Source: Xanthomonas campestris pv. campestris str. ATCC 33913
Lineage (GTDB): Bacteria > Pseudomonadota > Gammaproteobacteria > Xanthomonadales > Xanthomonadaceae
DNA length: 32,000 bases
NCBI RefSeq assembly: GCF_000007145.1
Contig: NC_003902.1
Span: forward strand, 937,436 to 969,435
Direction: 5' to 3'
Part shown: piece by piece, positions 8,479 to 17,621 of the stretch
How positions within the stretch are numbered: position 1 is the first letter of the stretch
Layout of the letters: each line of letters starts with the position of its first letter
Made by a program: the position numbers and the translations under genes
Notes under the pieces: generated by a model
Seen by the model: only the letters and a program-made list of their open reading frames with translations
Told to the model about the DNA's origin: nothing
Databases searched by the model: none

Positions 8479-9269
8479 AGCCGTACCTGGAGTTGCTGCA
8501 GCACGTGCTCGAGTACGGCGCCGAGAAGTCCGATCGCACCGGCACCGGCACGCGCAGCGTGTTCGGCTGGCAGATGCGCTTCGACCTCAATGCCGGGTTT
8601 CCGCTGGTCACCACCAAGAAGCTGCACCTGCGCTCGATCATCCATGAGCTGCTGTGGTTCCTGCAGGGCGATACCAACATCGCGTACCTGAAAGACAACC
8701 AGGTCCGCATCTGGGACGAGTGGGCCGATGCCAACGGCGACCTCGGCCCGGTCTACGGCAAGCAGTGGCGACGCTGGACCGGTCCGGACGGCGTCGAGAT
8801 CGATCAGATGCAGTGGCTGGTGGACGAGATCAAGCGCAACCCGGACTCGCGCCGGCTGGTGATCAGTGCCTGGAATGTCGGCGAGTTGCCGCAAATGGCC
8901 TTGATGCCCTGCCATAGCCTGTTCCAGTTCTACGTGGTGGACGGCAAGCTCAGCTGCCAGCTCTACCAGCGCAGCGGCGACATCTTCCTGGGGGTGCCGT
9001 TCAACATCGCCAGCTATGCGTTGCTGACCCACATGGTGGCGCAGGCCACCGGCCTGGGCGTGGGCGACTTCGTACACACACTGGGCGATGCGCACCTGTA
9101 TTCAAACCATTTCGAACAAGCCCGCGAGCAGCTCACGCGCACGCCGCGTCCGCTGCCAACCTTGCGCCTGAACCCGGATGTCACCGACCTGTTCGCGTTC
9201 CGTTTCGAGGACATCGCGATCGACGGCTACGACCCGCATCCGGCGATCAAGGCGCCGGTGGCGGTGTGA
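8475..9269 (+). CDS. thyA: Thymidylate synthase (264 aa)
   Basis: GTG 8475 overlaps the lgt stop (GTGA). The sequence [30 protein letters not shown]...[43 protein letters not shown] contains the catalytic Cys motif. The length matches E. coli ThyA. Confidence 0.97.
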   Translation: MKPYLELLQHVLEYGAEKSDRTGTGTRSVFGWQMRFDLNAGFPLVTTKKLHLRSIIHELLWFLQGDTNIAYLKDNQVRIWDEWADANGDLGPVYGKQWRRWTGPDGVEIDQMQWLVDEIKRNPDSRRLVISAWNVGELPQMALMPCHSLFQFYVVDGKLSCQLYQRSGDIFLGVPFNIASYALLTHMVAQATGLGVGDFVHTLGDAHLYSNHFEQAREQLTRTPRPLPTLRLNPDVTDLFAFRFEDIAIDGYDPHPAIKAPVAV

Positions 9270-9341
9270 GCACGACAGCGCAGGGTCTCGACAGGCGCTG
9301 CGCTACGCTGACGCTCTGTTTGAACGGACGTCTTTGCCCTC

Positions 9342-9836
9342 ATGAAACTCTCGCTCATCGTCGCCTTCGACCGCAACCACGCCATCGGCCGCGACAACGA
9401 TCTGCCGTGGAAGCTGCCCGATGACCTGAAGCGCTTCAAGGCGCTGACACTGGGTAAGCCGATCCTGATGGGGCGCAAGACCGCGCAGTCACTGGGCCGT
9501 GCGCTGCCAGGGCGCCTGAATCTGGTGCTGACGCGCTCGGGGCAGGTGCCTTTCGAGGGCATGCATGCAGTGGTTTCGGTAGACGAGGCGATCGAACGCG
9601 CGGCGCAGGAAGGTGCGCAGGAGCTGTGCGTGATCGGGGGAGGCGAGGTGTACCGCCTGACCATGGAGCGCGCCGATCTGCTGGCGGTTACCGAAGTGGA
9701 CACGGCCGTCGAGGGCGCCGATACGCACTTCCCTCCGATCGACCCGGCGGTGTGGGTGCCCGCAGAGCGCAGCGCGCATGCGGCAGACGCGCGGCACGCC
9801 TTCGCTTTCAGTTTCGTGGATTACCAGCGCCGCTGA
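9342..9836 (+). CDS. folA: Dihydrofolate reductase
   Basis: MKLSLIVAFDRNHAIGRDNDLPWKLPDDLKRFKALTLGKPILMGRKT and CVIGGGEVY are DHFR signatures. Confidence 0.96.
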   Translation: MKLSLIVAFDRNHAIGRDNDLPWKLPDDLKRFKALTLGKPILMGRKTAQSLGRALPGRLNLVLTRSGQVPFEGMHAVVSVDEAIERAAQEGAQELCVIGGGEVYRLTMERADLLAVTEVDTAVEGADTHFPPIDPAVWVPAERSAHAADARHAFAFSFVDYQRR

Positions 9837-9881
9837 TGGGCTCCTTGCGTCGGGCCCGGTGGCACCGACGCGCGCATGGGC

Positions 9882-10856
9882 TCACTCCTGGGGCGCGTCG
9901 CCCGGCGCTGCAGCGGGTGCAGCAGCATTGCCGCCATTGCCATTGCCATTGCCGCCACCACGCCCACCGCGTGCGCGTTGCCGGCCCTGGCGTTCGCGCG
10001 GGCGACGCGGTGCACGCGGCGCCGTTGCCGGCGCAGTGACCTCACGACCGGGCACCTGCACCACGCGCAGTTCGTCGGTATCCAGTTGCAAGGCGGTGAG
10101 CTTGCCGCCCCACACCGCACCGGTATCGATGGCATGCACGCCCTGGGTGATGGTCAGCCCCAGCGCCGACCAGTGGCCGCAGACGATCTTGAGATCGCGC
10201 TCCACCCGCCCCGGCACTTCGAACCAGGGGTACAGGCCCTGGGCCTGGGTGCCGGGTGTGCCCTTGTCGTCGGTGGCGATGCGCCCACGTGGCGTGCAAT
10301 AGCGCATGCGGGTGAACAGGTTGATGATCGCGCGGCTGCGGTCGTACCCGCTCAGGCCAGGCGACCAGCCCGGCTGATCGCCGTACATGTTGCGCAGCAG
10401 CTTGCGATAGCCACCGCCCTGCAACTGCTGCTCGACTTCGCGCGCATGCTTCTCGGCCATCTGCGTGGTCCACTTGGGCGCCAGCCCGGCATGGATCATC
10501 ATCCAGCCCAGCTCGCGGTCCACGTGCGCCAGCTTCTGCATGCGCAGCCAGTCGAGCAGCACGTCGCGGTCTTCTGCCAGCACGATGCGCTGTAGGTCCG
10601 GGTTGACCTTGCGTTGTTCTTCTTCCGAGCGCGCGCCGATCGCCAGCAGCGACAGGTCGTGATTGCCAAGCACCACTACGCTATGCGCGCGCAACGAGTG
10701 CACCAAGCGCAGCGTTTCCAGCGATTGCCCACCGCGGTTGACCAGATCGCCGCAGAACCACAGCGTGTCCTGGGCCGGGTCAAACCGGATCTTTTCCAGC
10801 AGCTGCTGGGTGATATCGTAGCACCCCTGCAGATCGCCAATTGCCCAGACGCTCAT
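9882..10856 (-). CDS. apaH: Symmetrical bis(5'-nucleosyl)-tetraphosphatase (Ap4A hydrolase) with a 52-aa low-complexity C-terminal extension
   Basis: MSVWAIGDLQGCYD, CGDLVNRG and VLGNHD are metallophosphatase motifs, and the protein is collinear with E. coli ApaH. The extra tail is VTAPATAPRAPRRPRERQGRQRARGGRGGGNGNGNGGNAAAPAAAPGDAPQE. Confidence 0.95.
   Translation of the reverse strand: MSVWAIGDLQGCYDITQQLLEKIRFDPAQDTLWFCGDLVNRGGQSLETLRLVHSLRAHSVVVLGNHDLSLLAIGARSEEEQRKVNPDLQRIVLAEDRDVLLDWLRMQKLAHVDRELGWMMIHAGLAPKWTTQMAEKHAREVEQQLQGGGYRKLLRNMYGDQPGWSPGLSGYDRSRAIINLFTRMRYCTPRGRIATDDKGTPGTQAQGLYPWFEVPGRVERDLKIVCGHWSALGLTITQGVHAIDTGAVWGGKLTALQLDTDELRVVQVPGREVTAPATAPRAPRRPRERQGRQRARGGRGGGNGNGNGGNAAAPAAAPGDAPQE
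9927..9953 (-). repeat. In-frame hexanucleotide repeat (GGCAAT, coding Gly-Asn) inside the apaH tail
   Basis: On the plus strand ATTGCC occurs at 9927-9932, and three tandem copies occur at 9936-9953. Confidence 0.8.
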
Positions 10857-10884
10857 CGCGCGTGCTCCCTCAATGCAGCATCCA

Positions 10885-11268
10885 TCAGTGCAGCGTCCTC
10901 GGCACGCTCAGCACGAAGGCGGCGATTGGCGCGGTGAATTCGGTGCCATCGTCGGCCACCATGTCGTAGTAGCCCTGCATCTGCCCCTGTTCGGTTTCCA
11001 GCAGCACACCGGAGGTGTAGTGGAAGGCCTCGCCCGGACGCAACCGCGGCTGCTCGCCGACCACACCTTCGCCGTCCACCTGCTCGGTGCGGCCGTTGGC
11101 GTCGGTGATTTTCCAGTGGCGCGCAATCAGTCGCGCTGGCACGGCGCCGGCGTTCTGGATGCGAATGCTGTAAGCGAAGGCGTAGCGGCCTTCTTCCGGA
11201 GTCGATTGATGGGCGAGGAAGCGTGGTGACACCTCGACCTCGACCCGGTAGCGCGGATCATCTTGCAT
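10885..11268 (-). CDS. apaG: ApaG (DUF525) protein
   Basis: The sequence reads [57 protein letters not shown]. It sits between rsmA and apaH, as in enterobacteria. Confidence 0.95.
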   Translation of the reverse strand: MQDDPRYRVEVEVSPRFLAHQSTPEEGRYAFAYSIRIQNAGAVPARLIARHWKITDANGRTEQVDGEGVVGEQPRLRPGEAFHYTSGVLLETEQGQMQGYYDMVADDGTEFTAPIAAFVLSVPRTLH

Positions 11269-11345
11269 GGGGAAAGTTTAGAGGGTGTTCTGTACTTTGA
11301 GGTGAGTGCGTGCGGTCTGTCTCGCGCCGCGTCGGGCGTGGTGAT

Positions 11346-12134
11346 TCAAGCCAGCTCGACATTGGCCAGACGAATGAAATCGGCAACCTCCAGCTGCTCG
11401 GCGCGAGCATCCGGGCGCACCCCGGCGGCCTCGAAATGCGCTGGCTCGCAGACCGTGGACAAGGCATTGCGCAAGGTCTTGCGGCGCTGCCCGAAGCCGG
11501 CGCGCACTACATCGGCAAAGCGCTTGCGGTCCTTGATCAACACGCTGGCCGCATCGCGCGGTACCAGCCGCACCACCGCAGAGTCCACCTTGGGCGGCGG
11601 GCGGAACGCGCCCGGCGGCACCACGAACAGCGCGGTCACCTCGCAATAGGCCTGCAGCATCACGCTCAGCCGGCCATAGACCTTGCTGCCCGGGCCGGCC
11701 GCCATGCGGTCGACCACTTCCTTTTGCAGCATGAAGTGCATGTCGGCCACTGCGCCGGCATGGTCCAGCGCATGGAACAGGATCGGCGAGGAGATGTTGT
11801 AGGGCAGGTTGCCGACCAAGCGGATCGGGGTGCCATCGGCCACTGCGGTGAAGTCCACGGCGAGCACGTCGCGGTGGATGATCTGCAGCTGGCCGATCGG
11901 TGCAGCGGCGTCGGTCAGTGGCGCAATCAAGTCGCGGTCGAACTCGATCACGGTCAATGCGCCGTGCTTGCGCAGCAGCGGAAAGGTGATCGCGCCCTGG
12001 CCGGGGCCGATTTCGACCAGATGCTGGCCGGGGCGCGGGTCCACTGCCTGGACGATCCGGTCGATGTAATACCGGTCGGCAAGAAAGTGTTGGCCGAGCG
12101 ACTTCTTGGCCGGTGCGCTGAAAGAGGAATTCAT
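11346..12134 (-). CDS. rsmA: 16S rRNA (adenine1518/1519-N6)-dimethyltransferase
   Basis: KKSLGQHFLADRYYIDRIV, VEIGPGQGAIT (SAM motif) and GNLPYNISSPILF identify the enzyme, also known as KsgA. Confidence 0.96.
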   Translation of the reverse strand: MNSSFSAPAKKSLGQHFLADRYYIDRIVQAVDPRPGQHLVEIGPGQGAITFPLLRKHGALTVIEFDRDLIAPLTDAAAPIGQLQIIHRDVLAVDFTAVADGTPIRLVGNLPYNISSPILFHALDHAGAVADMHFMLQKEVVDRMAAGPGSKVYGRLSVMLQAYCEVTALFVVPPGAFRPPPKVDSAVVRLVPRDAASVLIKDRKRFADVVRAGFGQRRKTLRNALSTVCEPAHFEAAGVRPDARAEQLEVADFIRLANVELA

Positions 12135-12700
12135 GCGCAGAGTTTAACGGAGCGCGGGCATGCCCGCGGCACGCGCCTGGTGCGTCTACCGAAGAGCTGA
12201 TTGATTTGGCGCTGTTGGCCTTGGCCTGGCGCTGATTCGCGCAGTTGCGGGTGAGCGCCAAAGCAGCATCCGTGGCGACAGACGTGCCACCCCCAACTAC
12301 TGGCCGATGTAGATAGGCGCAGCTGGCAATCGGCTCTCTAACAAGCGAGCGTTCGCTGCACACATCGCCAATCCAATACGGGAGGGCGCGGTGTGCCACT
12401 TTGGGTGCGGCGTTTGCGACACGCGAAAGTAGAGCGCGGCTGTGCCTGACATTCAGTGCATCACGTTCCGCACAGGTGTCCGCACGGTAAAGGCCGCTGA
12501 CGGAAATCACCTTGAACATGCCGGCGATGCCTCGCCTGCAAACGCGATGACCCTCGGCCCTAATGCCACGTTGACCTCAGGCCGGAGTGGCACAGCAACA
12601 AACGCATGGCTGGTGGTGGCGGTGAAGCGCGGTGCCGACGCGGCGGCATTCGCTCACGTGCTGAACCGGGTCTGCCGCTGCGCGGCACCGATCTTTCGAA

Positions 12701-13669
12701 TCAGCTGCGTGCTGCCAGGCGTGCACACAGCGCCGTCGCGGCAAGCAGGCTGGAGGGATCGGCCACCCCACGCCCGGCCAGTTCCAGCGCGGTGCCGTGA
12801 TCGACCGCCACGCGCGGGTAGGGCAGGCCGAGGGTGATGTTCACCGCCTGCTCGAATCCGCTGTACTTGAGCACCGGCAGCCCCTGGTCGTGGTACATCG
12901 CCACCACCGCATCGAAGTCGGTGAGCTTCTGCGGCAGGAAGGCGGTGTCGGCCGGCAGCGGGCCGATCAGCTGCATGCCTTCGCTACGCAATTGATCGAG
13001 CACCGGAATGATGACGTCCAGTTCTTCGCGGCCGAGCAGCCCGTCTTCGCCAGCATGCGGGTTGAGACCGAGCACGGCGATGCGCGGATGTTCCAGGCCG
13101 AAGTCCCGTTGCATGGCAGTGGCGGTGATGCGCAGGCAGCGCGCCAGCGCCTCGGCGGTGATCGCCTCCGGCACCGCGCGCAGTGGCAAGTGAGTGGTCA
13201 CCAGCGCCACCCGCACGATGCTGTTGGCCAGCATCATCACCACCGGGCAGCCGGCCTGTGCGGCAAGCAACTCGGTGGTGCCGGTGTAGGCAATGCCGCC
13301 GGCGTTGATCACGGCCTTGTGTACCGGGCCGGTGACGATGCCCTGCAGCTTGCCAGACAGGCAGTCGCCTGCTGCTCCCAGCAAGCCGGCAATCACTGCG
13401 GCCGCATTGGCGGGATCGGGCGTGCCGAAGCGGGTGGGGGCGGCCTGACGGACCGGATGCAGCGGCAGATCGCCGGGCAGGCGTGCGTGCTGGTCGGGAT
13501 CGAGCAGGCGGACAGACAAACACAGCGCCTTGGCGGCGCTGTGCAGGGTGTCAGGATCGGCGTACGCGATCAGATGGGCATCCGAGCGCGGCTGCTGGGC
13601 GAGCCGGATACACAGTTCCGGCCCGATCCCGGCCGGCTCGCCTGGCACCAGCGCGAGCGAGGGGACCAT
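12701..13669 (-). CDS. pdxA: 4-hydroxythreonine-4-phosphate dehydrogenase
   Basis: MVPSLALVPGEPAGIGPEL, TGPVHK, NPHAGE and VDHGTA identify PdxA. ATG 13669 lies 4 nt after the surA stop. The 30 extra N-terminal codons in the ORF track overlap surA and were rejected. Confidence 0.94.
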   Translation of the reverse strand: MVPSLALVPGEPAGIGPELCIRLAQQPRSDAHLIAYADPDTLHSAAKALCLSVRLLDPDQHARLPGDLPLHPVRQAAPTRFGTPDPANAAAVIAGLLGAAGDCLSGKLQGIVTGPVHKAVINAGGIAYTGTTELLAAQAGCPVVMMLANSIVRVALVTTHLPLRAVPEAITAEALARCLRITATAMQRDFGLEHPRIAVLGLNPHAGEDGLLGREELDVIIPVLDQLRSEGMQLIGPLPADTAFLPQKLTDFDAVVAMYHDQGLPVLKYSGFEQAVNITLGLPYPRVAVDHGTALELAGRGVADPSSLLAATALCARLAARS

Positions 13670-13673
13670 CGGC

Positions 13674-15065
13674 TTAGCGCGTCGGCTGGGCCGGCGGCGG
13701 CGTCGGTGCAGCAGGTGCAGCCGCCGGTTCAGGCGCTGCGGTGGCATCGGCGTCGGCACGGTCGCCGGTGCGGAAGCTCACAAACGCCTCGCCACGCAGT
13801 TCCTGCAGATAGCGGTTGTACTCTTCTTCCAGCTTGCGACGACCGATCGTCTCGCGGATCTGGGCGCGCTGGTTTTCCGCACTGACATCGGTCTGGCGCG
13901 TACCAACACGCTGCACGATGTGCCAGCCGGCCTGGGTGCGGAACGGCTCGGACACCGCGCCATCGGTCAGGCCTTCAACCTGCTTGCCGAAGTCCGGGCC
14001 GAACGCATCGGCTGGGAACCAGCCCAGGTCGCCACCCTGACCGCGGCTGTTGGTGTCCTCGGAGGACTCCTTCGCCGTTGCCTGGAAATCAGCGCCGCCC
14101 ACGATGCGCGCACGCAGCGTGTCGATCTTGGCCTTGGCCTGCGCTTCGGTCTGGTTGTCGCCGATACGCACCAGGATGTGCCGTGCGTTGTACTCGGTGA
14201 GGACCTTCTTTTCGCCGCCTGCATTGGCGTCGCGCATTTCCACCAGCTTGAGCAACTGGAAACCGCTGGGGCCACGCAGCGGCCCGGCAACCTGGCCAGG
14301 CTGCATGTCGCGGATCAGCTGGGCGAATGCGTTGGGAATCTCGTCCAGGCTGCGCCAGCCCAGGTCGCCACCTTCCAGTGCATTCGGGCTATCCGAATAA
14401 CGCACTGCAGCTGCGGAGAAGTCCAGCTCGCCCTTGTCGATCAAGGCCTTGACGCCGTCGACCTTCTTCTGGCCAGTGGCAATCTGTTCGGCCGTGGCGC
14501 CTTCCGGCAGGCCGACCAGGATATGCGCCAGGTGGTACTGGCTACCGGTCGTGGCCTGCTGGGCCAGTGCGGTGTCCACTTCGCCTTCGCTCACGCTGAT
14601 GCGGCTCTGCGCAAAGCTCTGGCGCAGGCGCTGCACGATGATTTCATCGCGCACCGAGGCGCGGAAATCGGCATAGCCCATGCCGTCAGCCGCCAGCTTC
14701 TGGCGCAGGCCGTCCACGGAGGTGCCGTTCTGCTGGGCGATACTGGCGATGGCGCGGTTCAGTTCCTCGTCGCTGACGCGGATACCGCTGCCTTCTGCTC
14801 GACCGACCTGCAACTTGACTAGCACCAGGCGCTCGAGCACCTGCCGCTGCAGGACGTCGTCCGGCGGCAGCTGGTTGTCGCGTCCGGCGTATTGCGACTT
14901 GACGTTGCGCACAGCGCGATCCAGCTCGCTCTGCAACACCACGTCTTCATCCACGATGGCAGCGATGCGATCCAGCGGCTGGGATTGCTGTGCCGAGGCC
15001 AGCGGCGAGACCGTGCTGGTGATCACCAGCAGCGAGGCGAGAAGTACAGAGAAAGGCTTGGTCAT
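13674..15065 (-). CDS. surA: Periplasmic chaperone / peptidyl-prolyl isomerase SurA
   Basis: A signal peptide is followed by DRIAAIVDEDVVLQSELD and two parvulin-like domains (HILV...GGDLGW twice). The tail is rich in Pro and Ala. Confidence 0.95.
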   Translation of the reverse strand: MTKPFSVLLASLLVITSTVSPLASAQQSQPLDRIAAIVDEDVVLQSELDRAVRNVKSQYAGRDNQLPPDDVLQRQVLERLVLVKLQVGRAEGSGIRVSDEELNRAIASIAQQNGTSVDGLRQKLAADGMGYADFRASVRDEIIVQRLRQSFAQSRISVSEGEVDTALAQQATTGSQYHLAHILVGLPEGATAEQIATGQKKVDGVKALIDKGELDFSAAAVRYSDSPNALEGGDLGWRSLDEIPNAFAQLIRDMQPGQVAGPLRGPSGFQLLKLVEMRDANAGGEKKVLTEYNARHILVRIGDNQTEAQAKAKIDTLRARIVGGADFQATAKESSEDTNSRGQGGDLGWFPADAFGPDFGKQVEGLTDGAVSEPFRTQAGWHIVQRVGTRQTDVSAENQRAQIRETIGRRKLEEEYNRYLQELRGEAFVSFRTGDRADADATAAPEPAAAPAAPTPPPAQPTR

Positions 15066-17491
15066 GGAATCAAGTTCGGATCGTAATCGTCCGGATTAGT
15101 CGTGGTGTTGCTGGGCGGGACCAGGTAGAGGTCGTCGCGGTAATAGCCGAGAATAGCACGGCGCAAAGTGCGGTCCGTGTTCTGGCCAAACGAGCTCAGG
15201 CCCTTGAGCACGAACTCAAACTGGATGGAGTTGTCCATCTCGCCGTCGCGGTTGCGCACGAACCGGCGCACCAGGGCGCGCACCGCCAGGCAGCAGCTGT
15301 CCCACTGCACGCCGCCGATGATTTCCAGCGGCTTGCGGTCCAGCAGCGAGTAGTAATACCGACCAACCGCACTCCAGGTGGGATTGATCGGATACAGGAA
15401 GGAGAAGTCGGCCTGCTTGAGCTGGTCGCTTTCATCAATGAGGTTGCGACGGTAGCGATACGCCAAATTAATGATGCCGTCGTTGTTGAGCAGATAACGC
15501 GTGCGCAGGCTGGCCAGATCTTCCTTGCGCGAGTTGGGATTCCACTGATAGGTGGCGCCCATCGACCAGCGGTCGTTGATCATGTAGTTGGCGTCGGCTA
15601 CCCACGCAGACTTTCCTTGTTCGATGGTCTGCTCGCTGCCAGCGGCGGCATTGGTGCTGTTATTGATCGTTACCAGCGAATCGTTGAAATACAGTATTTG
15701 ACCTGCGCTCAACGAGAGTTTTTCGCGGCCATCGTCCTGACGCAACCAACGCGAGGTCACAGCCAGGGTCAACTGGTTGGCGTCATTCTGTCGATCGGCA
15801 CCGGTGTAGCGCGTGTCGCGGAACAGCTGGCCATAGCTGAAGGTGAACGGGCGTGTGTCGAATACGGGTAAGTCGTTTTGCTCACGGTAAGGCACATATA
15901 GGTAATACGCGCGCGGCTCCAATGTATTGAGATACTTGGTGCCGAACAGCGAGGTCTCGCGGTCGAAATACAGCCCGGCATCTAACGAGGCGATCGGCAG
16001 GCTGCGCGTCGGCGAGCGATCACCGGTCAGTGGCGCCGTGTTAGCCAACGTCGAATCCAGCTGATATGCCGTATAGCGCCACGCCACAGTTGGCGTCAAA
16101 AACCAGGCTGAGCCGGACAATGGCATCGAGATATACGGTTTGAGATCCAGACGCGAGCCGCTGCCGTATTCCTGATTGCGTATGTTGGTGCGGACGTAAT
16201 CGTCCCCGTCGTCGCCGTTGGTGTTCCCGTCACGGGGAGGCTGGACTAAATAAGAGTCGTCATGAGTAAAGCGCACCGCCTCGGCATAAACGCCGGCTTC
16301 GAAAATGCCGAACGGCTTTTCCCAGGTGAAATATGCGCGCGGCTGCCGGTTGTAAGGCAGTGATCGCTCGTCCAGAGTGTAGTCGGTCAGCTGCCAGCGG
16401 TCGGCCATCAGGCCTGCGGTCCAGGTCTCGCCGGTGCCGTAGATGCCCACGGTGCTCTGTATGCTTGACGCCGAGCCCATGCCGTTGATGCGGCTGGTGA
16501 AATCTTCCACGTAGCGCGTGTCGCTGACCCAGGAGATGCTGCTACGCGCTTGCCAATATCTGTTGACGTTGTGGTAGCCACTGTAAAAGACGCTGCCGCG
16601 GTCCTTCTTGCGCAGATTGTCATTAGGCAGGTAGTTGCCGGTGATCTCACCGCGGCCGCCGTCGTATAGATAGCGGAATTCGGTGCCGAACATGAAGCCA
16701 CGCCTGCTCATATAGCGCGGCAGCAAGGTGGCATCGTAATTCGGTGCCAGATTCAGGTAGATCGGCTGCAGATAGTCGAAGCCGTTACGGCCGGACAGGC
16801 CGAACTGCGGGAACAGCAGACCGGTCATGCGACGATCGTCGATCGGAAACTTGAACCACGGGAAGTACAGCACCGGCACCTTGCCGATCTGCAGCACGGC
16901 GTTGCGCGCGGTGCCGAAGCCTTCGTCGTTGTCGACGTCGATTTCGGGAGCGCGTACGCGCCAGATCGGCTGCGACGGGTCGCAGGTGGTGTAGGTGGAG
17001 CGGTGCATCTGCCCGACCTGGCCCTGCAGGTCCACCGATTCGGCGCCGCCGTTGCCGCGCCGGTCCACCAGTTGATACTGGATGTTGGTGACCTTGTGGC
17101 TGTCGGTGTCCTGGTTGCCCTCGGCACGGTCGGCGACCATGCGGAAGGAGGTGTCCTGGTAGCGGACATTACCCTCGGCGATGTAGTTGCCGGTCTCGGT
17201 GTCCATGCGCAGGTTGTCCGCGCCCAGGAACTGGTCGCCGCGCTTGAGCGCCACATTGCCCTGGTACTGCGGGGTGGTGCTGGTGCCGGAAAGTTGGTCA
17301 CCTTCGATGTCGGTGGGCAACTGCTGGCGTATTTCTGCGGCCTTGGGATCGGCGGCGGGCGCGCCGTCGAAGCCTGGCAGCGGGTCCACGGCCGGGCACA
17401 GTCCCCAGTTCAACGGCTTGTCGGCAGCCATTGCCGGCAGGCAAATGGCAATGCTCAAGGGCAGGGGCAGCAGGCGGAGAGCTCGGCGCAC
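15062..17491 (-). CDS. lptD: LPS-assembly outer-membrane protein LptD
   Basis: The protein is 809 aa. The signal peptide is MRRALRLLPLPLSIAICLPAMA (GTG start), and an OstA-like N-terminal domain precedes a large beta-barrel. Its stop overlaps the surA start by 4 nt (ATGA). Confidence 0.95.
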   Translation of the reverse strand: MRRALRLLPLPLSIAICLPAMAADKPLNWGLCPAVDPLPGFDGAPAADPKAAEIRQQLPTDIEGDQLSGTSTTPQYQGNVALKRGDQFLGADNLRMDTETGNYIAEGNVRYQDTSFRMVADRAEGNQDTDSHKVTNIQYQLVDRRGNGGAESVDLQGQVGQMHRSTYTTCDPSQPIWRVRAPEIDVDNDEGFGTARNAVLQIGKVPVLYFPWFKFPIDDRRMTGLLFPQFGLSGRNGFDYLQPIYLNLAPNYDATLLPRYMSRRGFMFGTEFRYLYDGGRGEITGNYLPNDNLRKKDRGSVFYSGYHNVNRYWQARSSISWVSDTRYVEDFTSRINGMGSASSIQSTVGIYGTGETWTAGLMADRWQLTDYTLDERSLPYNRQPRAYFTWEKPFGIFEAGVYAEAVRFTHDDSYLVQPPRDGNTNGDDGDDYVRTNIRNQEYGSGSRLDLKPYISMPLSGSAWFLTPTVAWRYTAYQLDSTLANTAPLTGDRSPTRSLPIASLDAGLYFDRETSLFGTKYLNTLEPRAYYLYVPYREQNDLPVFDTRPFTFSYGQLFRDTRYTGADRQNDANQLTLAVTSRWLRQDDGREKLSLSAGQILYFNDSLVTINNSTNAAAGSEQTIEQGKSAWVADANYMINDRWSMGATYQWNPNSRKEDLASLRTRYLLNNDGIINLAYRYRRNLIDESDQLKQADFSFLYPINPTWSAVGRYYYSLLDRKPLEIIGGVQWDSCCLAVRALVRRFVRNRDGEMDNSIQFEFVLKGLSSFGQNTDRTLRRAILGYYRDDLYLVPPSNTTTNPDDYDPNLIP

Positions 17492-17621
17492 GCGTGAAGT
17501 TCAACCAGTAAAATGGCGGCTAGCTTGCCGTATAGCCCGCATAGGGGCAATGAAGAGTCCCTGCGGAAGGGGGGCGAGGTTCATCGCCATGGTGTCCGGG
17601 CGCCGCGCTGGGCCGCCGGAT

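Noticed and set aside
12442-12837. A 131-aa plus-strand ORF and the 413-aa minus-strand ORF (11278..12519) in the pdxA-rsmA spacer
   Set aside because: Both owe their length to running out of frame through pdxA or rsmA. Codon usage within the spacer portion is atypical, and no motifs are present.
12701-13759. N-terminal extensions of track ORFs: pdxA to 13759, thyA from 8214, the membrane protein to 20018, GntR to 25884, ubiH from 19547, tesA from 162, lemA from 4819
   Set aside because: The extensions overlap upstream genes or intergenic DNA and are Arg/Pro-rich nonsense. Internal starts align with known N-termini and have SD sequences or stop-start coupling.
13530-14822. A 430-aa plus-strand ORF opposite surA/pdxA, and the 362-aa ORF at 12797..13885 opposite pdxA
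   Set aside because: Both are antisense to conserved genes and have no recognisable domains.
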